Below are positions 39,045-52,599 of a stretch of DNA of 64,000 nt, piece after piece; the first letter of the stretch is position 1; each line of letters opens with the position of its first letter. The notes under the pieces were generated by a model. The model was not told the origin of the DNA and did no database searches. It saw only the letters and a list, made by a program, of their open reading frames with translations. A program made the position numbers and the translations under genes. Source of the DNA: Catajapyx aquilonaris (lineage: Eukaryota); assembly GCA_000934665.2 (NCBI GenBank), contig JYFJ02000610.1:1-64000 (forward strand), in the 5' to 3' direction.

Positions 39045-39250
39045 GAGGTCACCTTATGGTCGTGGTCGTGGTCCAGTACGCCACAGCCTTCCACCTTCGA
39101 GGTCCCGAGTTCGATCCCCGGATCAGACAGAGGATGTGGATAGAGCTTCGATGGGGGCATGTTCACGTGGGTTTTCTCCGGGTCTCTCCCGTTCAATATG
39201 CATGTTGGTAGCAACCTATTTATTACATCTACGTGGCGCAAGACCTACGT
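39045..39250 (+). mobile_element. degenerate tRNA-derived SINE with a V-domain-like motif
   Basis: B-box GAGTTCGATCCC at ~39107. GTGGGTTTTCTCCGGGT at ~39167 resembles the V-SINE core as recalled from the literature. Confidence 0.5.
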
Positions 39251-39302
39251 GAAGGTACAGGGGATCGAACCCGGGACATTTCGTATGCGAAACGAATATC
39301 TC
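39250..39302 (-). pseudogene. truncated tRNA-Ala(CGC) copy
   Basis: Minus strand reads GAGATATTCGTTTCGCATACGAAATGTCCCGGGTTCGATCCCCTGTACCTTCA, matching the 3' two-thirds of 39885-39956. The 5' acceptor and most of the D arm are missing. Confidence 0.8.
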
Positions 39303-39884
39303 CTGTAGGTACTTTAAACGGGTAAAGGACTCCCTTTTAATGTCATCAGTTCAAAAATCCCGGTTAAGAGGCAGGGTTGCCAATCAGAAAGCTTGGTTAC
39401 TGGCAACATTGCCTCGGTAATCTCTTCCTGAAGACACAAGTGAGCCTAGTTCGTGGCCTATTTTAGGACTATTAGCTTGCTATTAGTGAGATATAAGCGT
39501 CATACAGGCCTGTTTAAACGACTGTGATTCCATATTTGATTCATGAACTTTCCCAGTTCTCAGGGTCTATGCTGGAAGCCCGCGGAAGCCACTGGCTACT
39601 GAAAGATGTGGGTGTTTCCAGGAAGAGATTCCGGAGGGAAAGGTCCTGGTTGCCAGATGATGCCTTCCTGATTGGCCGAGCTGCCTCTTATAACCGAATA
39701 TGTCGAATATGTAGTCATAGACTTACTATTAATATATTTTTTGATCATAACTCATTTAGACGGAAGTGCGACTGCGCAAACTGAACCAAGTACCAACATG
39801 CGCGTGATGTGCCAACCGCCGTCGTTTTTTGTGACGTCATATTGAAACGTATACCCCCACACCTGACATGCCCTAGATAGGAAC

Positions 39885-39956
39885 GGGGGTGTAGCTCAGA
39901 GGTAGAGTGTTCGTTTCGCATACGAAAAGTCCCGGGTTCGATCCCCGGTACCTCCA
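39885..39956 (+). tRNA. trnA: tRNA-Ala(CGC)
   Basis: 72-nt cloverleaf. Acceptor GGGGGTG/TACCTCC with G3:U70, D arm GCTC/GAGT, anticodon stem TTCGT/ACGAA with loop TTCGCAT, T arm CCGGG-TTCGATC-CCCGG, discriminator A, no encoded CCA. Followed by a TTTTT Pol III terminator. Confidence 0.9.
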
Positions 39957-40071
39957 CTTTTTCATTTTTCTCTCATTATTTTTTCGAAGTGACGCCTATG
40001 AAGCAGTTTCTACTCCTTTTAATGTTGTTTAGGCTTAATATATATTTTTTATAACCTGTTATACATATGAC

Positions 40072-40210
40072 AAGTCCTGGGTTCGATCCCCGGCACCTCC
40101 ACTTTTTCTTTTTTCTGTGAGTATTTTGTGAAATAACGCCTCTGAAGCAGTTTCTACTCCTTTTAACGTTATTTAGACTGAATATATATTTTTAAAATCT
40201 ATATACATGA
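40072..40210 (+). pseudogene. tandem duplication of the tRNA-Ala 3' arm plus its downstream flank
   Basis: AAGTCCTGGGTTCGATCCCCGGCACCTCCACTTTTT...GAAGCAGTTTCTACTCCTTTTAA repeats 39927-40070. Confidence 0.8.
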
Positions 40211-41199
40211 AAATTATATTCATCGTAAGGCAGAAATTCATGTCCCCACTTTAGTTAAAATTTTGACCTCACATGACTTCAAACCTTGTCTACGGTCCTT
40301 GAACTAGTTGGAGTACATAGACCCCCTGCACTACAACTATTAGTATCAACTATCCAAACTTTCCCGACCAGGTAACTCGAACCAATTGAAAAAAATTGAT
40401 ATATTTTCAATTTTTACAGAAATCAGAGCCCCTTGCTAACAGAATTCCAGGAGCCGACATTCTAGACGGCCTTTCTAAGCTTCCATAGTCCTTAACCTGC
40501 CTTGAGATGACTTCCACTTTCACTTTAAGCCGCAGCGAAATTGACCTGCCTCTGCTTGGAACACTCCGAGGCTTGAAAATATTCGCGTCGAGAAAGACTT
40601 TGGGAAGCCACCTGACCCCCACAAAGAGAAACTGCTGCCGACAAGATGTGGGAGCAACTATGACTAGATCTATCGGCAATTTCCCGCAACATTCCTTCGA
40701 GATGAGTCGCAATTCCTGGAGAGGAAATATGATATGTTTCTAGGTAGAGAATAACACACACAAAAAATGGGATGAGAAGACAATATGGAGAAATTTGTAA
40801 GGTAATTTTGTAAGGTAATTTGGCATTGGTCTTGAGAGACATTAGAATTTCTTACTGAGTAAGCCTACTAGAAATCTATGCCTGTGACTTCTCCACACTA
40901 TAAACCGCAGAACATTAATAGCGAATCACTGGATGGAGCATCAATAATTGTTAATGCTCTTTAATGCTCTTGTAATGTTCTTGTAATTTTTTGATGCTTT
41001 AAGCAACCAAAAAAACATTCAAAGAGCATCACAACAAGAGCATTAAAATTGTTTAATATGTGATGCTATTTTAATGATCTTGTTATGCTCTTTTAGTTTT
41101 TCGCTGCGTTTTAGTAATAAAAAGGATTACAAGAGCATTACAACGAGAACATCATCGAAGTATTAAAGTATCATGACTGCTGAGCCAATGGAACATCAA

Positions 41200-41350
<151 letters not shown>

Positions 41351-41465
41351 ATTAATAAGAATAGTACTTATATGATTATTACATTATTAATAAGAATAGT
41401 ACATCTATGATTATTATATTATTAATAAGAATAGTAGGGCCTACTTATATTTTTATATTTTTATA

Positions 41466-41739
41466 TTTTTAAAATACCCCGTGATAGAGCGAAGCCCTCT
41501 TAGGGGGGAAGGGAAGGGCCCAAGGGAGGGTGCTGTAATTTTAGTCATTTCTGACTTTGTGAAATACACCAGACCTTTTCTCCTGGCCCTGGGCAGAGTA
41601 GGGAGTGTAATTCTGCTCCGGCATGTCGGGTGAAAAGCGGAAAAAGACCCGGCCAAGCAGAGGTGACGGGGACGGGATATGAACCCCGGCCTCCCGCTTG
41701 GCTGGCCAGTGGCGTAACAACTAGACCCCCATGCCTCCC
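41466..41739 (-). mobile_element. full-length tRNA-derived SINE (family A)
   Basis: Reverse complement aligns over its whole length with 31009-31282. Confidence 0.9.
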
Positions 41740-43019
41740 TATCATCAATTATTATTAATGCTCTTTAATCCTCTTTTGATGCTCTTGTGATGTTTTTGTT
41801 GCTCTTAAGTAACAAAAAGCCCTACAAGAGCATCACTACTGATTTAATGGAACATCAATTAATTGTTAATGCAATTTAATGCTCTTGTGATGCTCTGGTA
41901 ATGCTCTTGCAATGATCTTGTCATGTTTTTTGATGATTTTAGCAACAAAAACATTTAAAAAGCATCGCAAGAGCATTAAAATAGTTTTGCCATTGCTCTT
42001 TTGATGCTCTTGTAATGTCTTTGTTGATTTTTAGCAACAAAAAGCATTATAAGAGCACCATCAAAGCATTACAAGAGCATCATCAAAGCATTAAAGATCA
42101 TCACTACTGATTAATGGAACATCAATAATTGTTAATGCAGTTTAATGCTCTTGTAATGCTCATGTGATGTTTTATGCTTTTAGCACAAACCCATTAAAAG
42201 AGCATCACAAGAGCATTAAAATATATTTTCCATGAGTAATGCTCTTTTGATGCTCTTGTAATATTTTGGTTGCTTTTAGCAACAAAAAGCATTACAAGAG
42301 AATCGTCAAAGCATTAAAAGAGCATGACTACTGAGTTGTGATGCTCTTGTAATGTTTTTTGATGCTTTTTAGCAAATCATTTTTGATACATTTATTTTCA
42401 GACTCTATAACCTACTCATATACCAAAGCCCGCTATACCAAACCTTATCATCCCAAATCCAATGGCATCATCCGTCAAATGGCATCGACAGCACCCCCCC
42501 TACAGTATGTTACCACTTTTATCAGAGATGCACGTCCGGCCCTAGAATTAGATATGAGGAAGGGAAAAATATTCGTCCATGGGGTAATGAGAATAGGGAG
42601 TGGGGGGGGAGGAGGATAGAAAAGCCGCTGCTATGACGCCATTTTAACCCTGAGCTCGCCTCCAATCCTCCATTTCCCCTCTGGCAAATGCCTTTGTAAT
42701 GGAAATGATCAGTGGGTTCGGTCGGGTCCCGCCAAAGGATTTGCACTCTTTAACTTATTCGCCTTTTATCCTTCGCACCCCTCCCCCCCCCCTCCCCACC
42801 ACCACCAATCCACAAGTGGGAAACGATCTTTTTTTCATACCCTAAAAAACACCTAGGCCTCAAAATGGCGCTCATGAAGCCTCTTGAATGTAGAATGTGG
42901 ACCTTGCGATTGGCCACATCCATTTTAGCGGAAAAAGGATTTTTCGGTACAATACATCTTTAAGGACATTAAGGGCGATAGAAGAGGAAAGTTCTATGAC
43001 CATAAACCGCAGTCTTATC

Positions 43020-44155
43020 GTTCAGAATCTGTTTCCTTTCTTGGTCAGTAGGCTACTATAAATCTACTGGAAAGGGATTTTAGCTGCTCCAATTTTCTAA
43101 AAATGGTTGAGACAACACTTGAAAAAAAAATAGTTCCCCGTCCCAGCCACCAGAGGCGCTGTCTCGTATTGCGCAGGCACAGAAGGGGAGCCATTCACAT
43201 GTTTCCTTTTTTGGTCAGTGCCGTGGTCTTAGAATACTAAGGTCTGGACACTCCCTCTTACCGCCTGCCCGTTTTGCATGAGGTGCTCACTTGAGAGCGC
43301 CATGAGCGCTATTATGTGGCGACCATACCGGACTACGCTGAACTCAGGTAGAAGAGAAGCCGGCACACGCGGGCCCAACGTGGACGCCGGAGACCATGTT
43401 GGGTCCCCCAATGTAATGCTTCCCTTTTGTACCTATAAAGTTCATCTTAGTCCGGTAGAGTCGCCACATAATAGCGCAGTGAAAGGTCTGATGGCGCTCT
43501 CAGGTGAGCACCTCATGCAAAACGCCCCGGCAGGCGATAAGATAAGATTGTAGGGGAAGTGTCCGGGGGCTGGTCAGTGCTATAAATCTACTGGTAAGAA
43601 TTTTAGCTGCTCTAATTTCAGTAAACACTATTTTTAAACGCTAGTTCCACATCCCAGCCACCAGAGGCGCTGCATCTCCCCGTTGCGCAGGCGCAGAACG
43701 GGGGCAATGAGAAACCTCTGCCATACCACAATGGATTTAACAATCATATATATGGTGCCATTAATATTCGAAATATTGTTGAGTCAACACTATTTAAAAA
43801 AAGTTCCTCGTCCCAACCACCAGAGGCGCTGTCTCTCATTGCGCAGGCGCAGAACGGGAGCCAATTCAGAATATGTTTCCTTTCTTGATCAGTCCTCCAA
43901 ATCTGCTAGAAAGTATTTTAGCTTAAATTTTCTAAAAATGGTGGAGTCAACACTATTTTAATAAGCTAGTTCCTCGTCTCAACCACCAGAGGCGCTGTCT
44001 CGCCCCATTGCGCAGACTCAGAACGGGGGCTAATCAGAAGCCTCTGTCATATCACGATGGAATTAACAATCATACGGTGCCATAATTTTCTAAAGAGGGT
44101 TGAGTTAACACTATTTTTAAAAGCTAGTTCCATATCCCAGCCATCAGAGGCGCTT
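43020..44155. repeat. degenerate tandem repeat (~160-bp units carrying CCACCAGAGGCGCTG)
   Basis: The motif occurs at ~43147, 43658, 43817, 43983 and 44141 with shared flanks (CAACACTATTT..AA..AGTTCC). Confidence 0.8.
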
Positions 44156-44617
44156 CTGCTTCACCATACGGTGTCATACGCATTTGCTGGATATATCACC
44201 TTTACAGACCTACGTGTTTCAACCAAACTCATATAACCGAGTCTGATGGTGTGACATCCCTGGACATTTTTATTGCGATGAATAATTTTCTGCACTCTAA
44301 AGTACTGTAGCTCCACTTAACAGCCTTAATTACACGAGTGAACGACTTTAATAACGTGCTAGATGTAGGGTTCAAAATATGCACATATTGCGTGTCATGA
44401 AATGGCTCTGTAATTGCTCAGCAAATAGTCAAAAAAGTGTGTCTACATTCAAATAAGGACATTAATATAATTTACATAATTTAGCTATTTGTAAAATTAC
44501 TTGCTTTAAAATTAACACAGTTTTTAACAAGATTGGAAAATCAGGCAAGTGGACTTTTTATCATTGATTCATTGCCAATGATTTTAATTGAATGACAATG
44601 ACATATAAGGTTGTCAG

Positions 44618-44661
44618 GGCCTATGTAGGCCTATCACGGGGTAAAACAAACAAACAAACAA
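44618..44661 (+). mobile_element. tail-only retroposon insertion
   Basis: CTATCACGGGGTA(AAAC)n is flanked by a perfect 17-bp direct repeat ACATATAAGGTTGTCAG (44601-44617, 44662-44678). Confidence 0.75.
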
Positions 44662-45533
44662 ACATATAAGGTTGTCAGTTTCCGATGTTCAAGGAACTCA
44701 CTTGACCTTGGAAAACCTGGAAAACCTGGAGAACCGGAAGTGGCCGGTCACCAGAAGTTGACCATGAAACCTATTTAGGGTCCGCTTAATCCAAATCAGA
44801 CAACCGCTTGTCGCTTTCTCTTGTGTCTCTTAGGACCTGATACCTGTCCACTGACGGACAGACGGACTGTAAGACTTTTTGTCGAGAAAATGTCTATAAA
44901 ATAGTTGTTCAGTTCAGCCACAGTGTCATATATGATAATTATACAAGTTGACGGTTTAATAATAAGTTACCGTATTTGTACCAATTGAAATTTGCGTGTT
45001 TGGCCGTTTTTTGGCAGTTATTGACTTCAGATCCGGTATGAAATGGACAAACAAACAACCTTTGCCTTTTGTAGCAATTGAAATTGTCGTTTTTGACCAT
45101 TATCTATATTATTAATACCCGACTGTCATGGATACTCCTGCCACACCGTACGGCCTACAGCTTTGGAAGTTGTGTCAAAATTTTGACCATGTTTTCTATA
45201 TTTGCAAACCACCATTGTTTTTTGGAAACGGTGCCGAGGGACTTTGTAAAACTCACAAAAACTCACAAAAAAAGCCGACAGCGGCCGTTCCACGGAATTC
45301 CCACTTCCTCCGTTTCGGGCGCCACCTCCTGGGTGTGTCGCCTCGCTTACTTCTGCACTCCACCGTCGGATGTCGCTTCGATGCTGTTGCCTGTTGCGGT
45401 CTCTTTCTCTCTCCACTTTCGCACATTTGCCTAATTTTTGACGTGAATACGTCTTCAAAATCGGGTCCNGGGGGGGGGGGGCATGCAGGTAAACTCGAGC
45501 GTTACAGAAAAGCGTTACAGAAATTAAGCGTTA

Positions 45534-45711
45534 AGGCCCATTCACACAGTCCGTCGACGGTTTTGGTTTTGGTTTTGGTTTTGGACCAATCAGAGCGGGC
45601 CCTCACGGTATCCATGACGCGTTGTTTACGTGTGGGCCCGTTCTGATTGGTCCGCGGCGGCGTCGACGAGACCAAAAACCAAAACCGTCGACGGCCTGTG
45701 TGAATGGGCCT
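45534..45711. mobile_element. PIF/Harbinger-type (Tourist-like) MITE
   Basis: TIR AGGCCCATTCACACAG.CCGTCGACGGTTTTGG and 3-bp TSD TTA. The empty site GCGTTACAGTC is seen in the local duplicate at ~45767. Confidence 0.88.
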
Positions 45712-45910
45712 TTACAGTCAGTGCCCTGCCAGGGGGCATGCAGGTAAACTCGAGCGTTACAGAAAAGCGTTACAGTCTATTATATCCTAGTCTACTATAA
45801 CCGAGTCTACGATCCGATTTTAAAGACGTATTCACGTCAAAACCTGCGGCTTGTGTCCCCGACACAACCTAACGTAAGTTTTTGTCTAATTTTGGCAAGT
45901 TGGTGCCTAG

Positions 45911-45999
45911 TTGGCCGAACTTATTGGCCGTTATTGGCTCCAGATCCGGTATAAAATGGACAAACACACATACTTTGCCTTTTATACAATATAGAAGAT
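45911..45999 (-). mobile_element. possible Helitron-like 5' end, with a direct-repeat counterpart at ~45000-45080
   Basis: Minus strand starts ATCTTCTATATTGTATAAAGGCAAAGTATGTGTGTTTGTCC. CAGATCCGGTAT.AAATGGACAAACA is shared with ~45030. Confidence 0.35.
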
Positions 46000-46989
46000 A
46001 AAATATATGTAGTTTATGATTTTCATGTAGTGTTAGTTAGGTCCAAACCGAGATCCAAACACACCCGACTGACGCCTGTCCTAGTGGTTTTAGTACACAT
46101 TACAGAGTTTAAACAAGGATGAAACCCCTCTCAAGCCCAGTGTAAACCTGCTCGCTAAATTTATTTCCTCAGCTCTCCATGCGACTTAGTCCCTGAGTAA
46201 TTCATAGTGCACATTGACATTTCCTAATTTAACCAATATCCATTCCTAGCACGTCTCTCAGACCGCTACGAATATTTCCTGAGACCAAAACCGCGCAGGT
46301 GAGACAGTCTTTCTCGCAAAAACCGACTTTGATTTAGATTGCAACAGAATTTTTGGAAGCAAAAAAATGTTCCTTTGCCAACTATTGCCTGGGAGGTAAA
46401 TTACTCCTTGCCAAGAATTGAAATTCAGTAGGGCTTCATTATGTTTCGAGTAGAATCTCGCCAGGGCGCGCGATCTGCAATATTCAACACCTTGCTTCTT
46501 GCCTCTTTGTTTACATTTTCAAAGAGGTCCAGTCAATTCTGGGGGGTTTCTGCTCTAGACGCCCCGGAATTTTGGGGGTTCTCTAAGCTTTTGAATAAGG
46601 GAATTCAAATGAGGCCCGGTTTTTAGTGACGTCAAGAACAAGCTATACATGATATTTTCAGGGTAGGCATTGATTTCCACAAAGTTGAGAACAATAATGT
46701 GCTTTACTGAAATTCGCAATCGGGAGGAGGCGGTGTAGCGAACTTTATAATAGGAGCTTATAGAGTTTGGCCAAAGTTATAGTATTGTGTAACCAAGCTG
46801 AAGTATACTATTTGAACAACAAAGCTTGATGCAACAACTTTTGAATATTAAGATCTGAGTAGATTAGATGTTTACGCATAGGCCTACTTAAAATATAACT
46901 TCAAAGAATAAACTAGTGACTAAATTGTGTGCTTTCAATAATATCTATCCTCTATCCAAGCAGCACAGCAAAAAAGAAGCCTCTCGATA

Positions 46990-47581
46990 CCTCTAACCGT
47001 CTCTAACGGTTTCTAACGGTTTCTAACAGTACCTAACCATGCCTAACCGTCTGTAACGGTTTCTAACGGTTTCTAACAGTACCTAACCTTGCCTAACCGT
47101 CTCTTACTGTTTCTAACGGTTACTATAACCGTCTCTAACCGTTCCTAACCGTGTCTAACCGCCTCTTACGGTGTCTAACGGCTTCCTACGGTTTATGACA
47201 ATTCCTAACGGTTTTAACCGTCGCTAACCGTATCTAACCGTCTCTAACGGTTTCTAACAGTTCCTAACCATGCCTAACCGTCTCTTACTGTTTATAACGG
47301 TTACTATAACCGTCTCTAACCGTTCCTAACCGCCTCTTACGACTCGTAACCGAGTCTAACCGTCTCTTACGGTTTCTAACGGTTTCCTACAGTTTATGAC
47401 AGTTCCTAACGGTTTTAACCGTCTCTGACCGTCGCTAACCATCTCTAACGGTTTCTAACAATTCCTAACCGTGTCTATAACACTTTCTCACGGTTTTAAC
47501 GGTTTCTAAGCTTGAAAGACGCCATCACAGAGGTCACTAGGCGACAACCAAAATGGTCGGGTTGAGTCACGGGGTTGAGTG
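46990..47581 (-). repeat. (TCTAACCGT/TCTAACGGTT)n minisatellite element with a conserved leader
   Basis: Minus-strand leader CACTCAACCC...GACCTCTGTGATGGCGTCTTTCAAGCTTAG matches 30861-30950. Confidence 0.85.
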
Positions 47582-48524
47582 CCTATCAAGAAGGAATAAC
47601 AAGTACACGTACATACGAAGGTCGTTCGCTTCAACTTTCCAGAACTCTGTGGACAACCTACACATAATCTACCCACCAGAAATTAATATTTTAAACAATT
47701 TCAAATATTAATTCTCAACATTTGCTGCTTCCTCCTCCACCTTCATCTGACACCGTCACCTTTAATAGGTAATGCCAGGCAGTCATCCTACGCCTTCCAC
47801 TTTTGACTTTTAATGAGAAACACCCACGACCAAAATTCATTGCCCAGCAGCTGTGAATGTTACTTGCTTTTCTCTCTAACTCTCCACGACCTTTCATCCC
47901 ATAAATTAATGTTTGCTCTCCTCCTCATCGCAAAACCACAGGCCCTGTTACTTCTCTAGATGATAAACACAAGTTGTAATTGGACGTTCCCTTCAGCTTG
48001 CTCTTTAAACTGGTTTACGTCTAAAAACTTTTGCAACAATTAGAGTCCATCAGCACATATAGAAATTCTCTTTCCATTGCTATTCTGTGGAGCTTCTCTG
48101 AGTATCACCTGTAGGACATTTTGGGGGTGGTGTTGGGAGGATTCCTCTTGTTCTGAGCAGGATTCGTAATGGAAACGGTCTCGTCGCGTGCCGGGAGTGT
48201 TTCTTTTGACAGCCATCTTGTTCCCTCTCTTCGGGTTTAATTCAGACCACGGGTGACATGCCTCGCCTGTGTACTTCATCGGGGATGTCTCCTCTTATTA
48301 GGAGGCTTTTTCCGACTAACAGGATTATTTTGGAGGAAACTCTTTGCCAAGATTGAGGTTGTGTGGGTTTTTTTTCTTTGGAAGGAATTGATTTTAAATC
48401 CAATAATATTGGAAGCTTTTTGACAAAAATTGGAGACGAATAACAAACATACAGTGGAAATCTTCCTCACATAATTCTGATCTTAAATGTGTAAGATATT
48501 AGTAATGTATTTCAGATTTGAAAC

Positions 48525-49030
48525 ATTTCCACTATTTCCACTATTTCCACATTTTAATTTATTTCTACATTTCTTACCACATTTTAATAATATTAAAATG
48601 TGGGACTGTATACTGTCCCACATTTTAATATAGTTCCACATTGTAGTTCCACATTTTAATGTAGTCCCAGCAAATTTAAATATAGTTCCACATTGTAGTT
48701 CCACATTTTAATGTAGTCCCACATTTAAATATAGTTCCACATTGTAGTTCCACACTTTAATGTAGTTCCACATTTTAATATATTTCCACTATTTCCACAC
48801 TTTAATTAAATTATTTATTTGTACATTTATGTGAACACTATTGCTGCATTTTAATTTATTTCCACATTATATTTTATTTCCACTATTTCCACATTATGTT
48901 TTATTTCCACTATTTCCACATTATTTTATTTCCACTCTTTCCACATTTTAAATGATTTCCACATTACAGTATTTTATTTCCACAATTTCCACGTTTTAAT
49001 TTATATCGACATTTACTTCCACATTTTAAT
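48525..49030. repeat. (TTCCACATTTTAAT / TTCCACTAT) minisatellite
   Basis: Directly visible. Confidence 0.88.
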
Positions 49031-50109
49031 AAATAACACATTTTGAAATTTGCATACTTGACCAATTTTAACTACCGTAACTAAAGCAACTATTGGACTA
49101 GTCCTCTGCTATTTAGTTCAACCGGACAAATGCCCACACAATTCTGAACCGATGATTGCCTATTAAATGTTATAAATATGTATGAGCACAACGTTTATGA
49201 TGAAATTTAATTATCTGGATGGATTAATATTCATGTGTGTAAAGAGCGCTATTTTAAAATAGGCTGGAGAATAATTTTACAGTTCGTTTCGTTTGAGTGC
49301 CCAACCACCACTTTTCATAGCAAAAACTCCAATTTGAAAAATAAATCTGATGCTCTATAACATTATTGATGTCTTCATCATGCGTATCAATATTTTGGCA
49401 ATTCTGGGTTCCAAAAAAAAGGGCAATGGCAGGAACGTTTGTTCGCAATTATCGACTAGTTAAACCACAGAGAATGAGTTAGGTTAATGCCTAATTACGG
49501 ATAACGTATGGGGAAAAGCTTGGGCACCGCACATGTAACACGAGAGGTATGTGTCAAATCTGTGGATATACAAGTGATTGTAGTAGTGGTGTCAAATTAG
49601 GCAGTTTCAATGTCGGTACAGATCGGTTGTAACACGAGTTGATTTTAGCACGTCATATAACATCAATTTTCTTCGGTAAACCCCCCTAGTTCATTACCAT
49701 AAAATACAGCTAACCGATTCAAACTGCGTCAGAATCGAACAGTGTAAATAATGTGCCAGATTCATTAATTACCAGTCTCTCTTTTTTTTTGCATGTTATA
49801 TCAAACGTTCCGTGACTAATGGGAAGTGTACATCTGTTTTTGAAATCCGATTCTAGAGCCTATATCAGGTGGATAAGAGAGATAATTTTGGATCTACTAT
49901 CTATGCTTATTGGACAGATAACTGATTCGTAATCGTCTGCATGCAAATCAAATCCACGATGTATAATGTATCATTTGCGTCTGGTAAAGTCAATGAGACA
50001 GTAATCCAGGATTTTTCTGCATCACTAAGCATTTAAGTGCAGATATTAGCTGTAAAGTTTTATGGCAAAAATTTGCTTAATGAAATAATTTAATTCTTTG
50101 CATGATTTT

Positions 50110-50560
50110 ATTAATATAAATAAATAAAAATGATAAAAATAAATACCGGTAATGTAAATAAATGAATTATAGTACGGTATACATAAGAAAATTAATTTAT
50201 TAAATAGTATTAAAATAAACCGTGTAAATAAATAGTATTAAAATAAATCATATAAATATCAAATAAACAAGTCATAAAATATTAAGTAAATAAATAATAT
50301 AGAAAAGTAAAAAAGAATAAATCATATAAATATAAATAAACAAGTCATAAAAATATTAATTCAATAAATAAATAAATAATATAGAAAAATAAAAATTATA
50401 AATCATAAAATACTAGAAAAATTAATCATAAAAATAATAAACAAACAAATCATAAAAATAACAATGTAGACAAATATTAAAAATAATGTAGACAAATATC
50501 AAAGTAAAAAAATAAAAATGTAAATGTAAATGAAAAATAGATAAAAATATTAATTGAAGA
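50110..50560. repeat. A/T-rich low-complexity tract
   Basis: Degenerate (AAAT)n-like sequence. Confidence 0.8.
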
Positions 50561-51451
50561 ATTTACAGGACAATAGTTTTCGTCAAAAACCAAAACAACC
50601 GTGCGGAAAAATATATGAACAAAGGTTCATTTTAACAGCTTTTTCCTAAAATTTCCCACCATACTTCCTCCAACCTGCAGAGCTAAATTCACAATCCCCC
50701 CCCCCCCCCCCAATTAAAAATTAATGATGCCCCGCTCCTGGCCTGGGACCCTCGCCATATTTACTACGCAATTTCCCCTCCGTTTTCCAATCGAATCCCT
50801 ATGTGCGTATACCCTACGTGTTTCCCATTGTTCTGCATAATTACACCCCCCCGATAATCCCTTTTTGTCTCCGGAGTAAAAGGGAAAGGGGGGGTGTCCT
50901 AAAGCTACCCTATCTATACCTTCGTAAGGTTCTAAATTGGCGCCTAGGAGTGAGTCTCCAGGAAATCTATTAGTCTCATCAAAGCAAAGGAGGAATGGGA
51001 TTAAGAGCGCGCATTTCCTCAAACAAGGTGTCAGACGAGCTGCAGGTAGGCGGGAAATCGCAGCCTGTCACGGATGCTATCAGAAAATACCCCTGCGGAG
51101 AAGGTGTGCTTCTCTGATAGTGAGCTGCAGGGAAGGAGGGGGGAAATTACAGGTGGTAAAACAATTTTGAGAGAGGGGGGGGGGGGGCAAAGTGGAGGGT
51201 ATACCTCACGCGAGAAAGCCAAACGCGAGGGAAGTTCATGGAAGGTGTTGCTCAAATGAACATTATACAAAGTTAAAGTTAAATGCAAGAATTCAAACTA
51301 AATTCTCACGTAATTATTATCTAGAAACCCATTCATAGCGACCAGTCTGCAGCCAGGCCGTTTCACGACTGACTCACACACACACAAGTACACTGCCATC
51401 TATAGTGAGGAGCGTCAAAATACCACGAATATAGTGACTTCCAATATATTT

Positions 51452-51560
51452 CCAAAACTAGTAAGGGTGAAAGTCGCGTGTATTCCCTGCACTAATACCC
51501 TCTGAGTCAGTAGGGATTAGTGCAGAGCGTGCATGCGACTTTCACCCTTAGTAGTTTTGG
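51452..51560. mobile_element. 109-bp palindromic MITE-like hairpin (possibly Harbinger-type)
   Basis: CCAAAACTAGTAAGGGTGAAAGTCGC...GCGACTTTCACCCTTAGTAGTTTTGG, with arms pairing almost to the centre. Confidence 0.6.
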
Positions 51561-52599
51561 TGCTTCTTCTTGGGACGGCAGACTTGGCGTCTTAAATCCA
51601 TAGTAATTTTCAAAAATTATTCATATGATTCAAACACTTAATCTTAATTAAATTTGACACCACCAGTACTCGAGGCATTAATTTTGAACCAATGTTTAAT
51701 GATTGACTGTGGTGTAACGCTTGAAAACGAGCGACGGCTGCAATTCGGTTATTGTGGCGAATACCGCTTGATCAGTCAATATTAATTAATTTGCTACAAC
51801 AATGTAATTCTACAGAATCTTCCACCAAATTTACAATTGCATGATACTGCTAAAATGACACTCTATGTAATTGATTTGTGTATACCCTCTACAACCACAC
51901 CACATTACCACTACATGCTGCAGTGAATTGCAGTACTTCTATGCAATAATAATGCTGATTACACTTCATGACATATGTTTACATAATGATTGTTAAATAA
52001 ATGCGCTAGATGCATGCAAGGTGCTGAGGTTGTCTTAAGAGGCTATTAGGAAGTTGTGGATGCTACTTGACGATTGTAGAGCCATGGAAGAGGCTACTTG
52101 GTGGTTGTGGCGCCTTGCTTGAAGGAGGCTACTCTGTTGCCTGGCAGCCTTTCTAGAGGGTAACTACTATCAAACCATCATTAGATACAACTAAGAAAAG
52201 AGCAGGAAAAGTATAAGCCAGCTCTCACCAAGGGCATGCTCCAACTGCTCCCCAGTGTCCCATAACAGCACCCCCTAGGCTGCACTGATGCAGTCCAGCG
52301 CCATTTAAGTCCCCCCCCCCTCCCCCCGCCCCCCATCACTTCATATCCATAAAACGGGTCTGGCGCTAAATTACGCTCCTGCACGATGAACGACGCAGAT
52401 ATGTCTGGCGATTCCATTACCCCTTGGACTCTTTTGTGATACATAGGGTGAGGGGAGCCAGAAGGGGAAGGGGAGCCATGTGATTCCTATGCAGGCGACA
52501 CATCTGAGGATAGAATTCTTTGTTGGTTAGTTCTTCAGTTGACGCTAATTCTAGTGACAATAGTGGACACCTAGTGTCCAATGTAGAAGTTTTCATGTT

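Noticed and set aside
45078..45646. Overlapping ORFs of 110-172 aa
   Set aside because: They lie in repeat-derived sequence; the longest crosses an N, a poly-G run and a MITE, and none has a recognisable domain.
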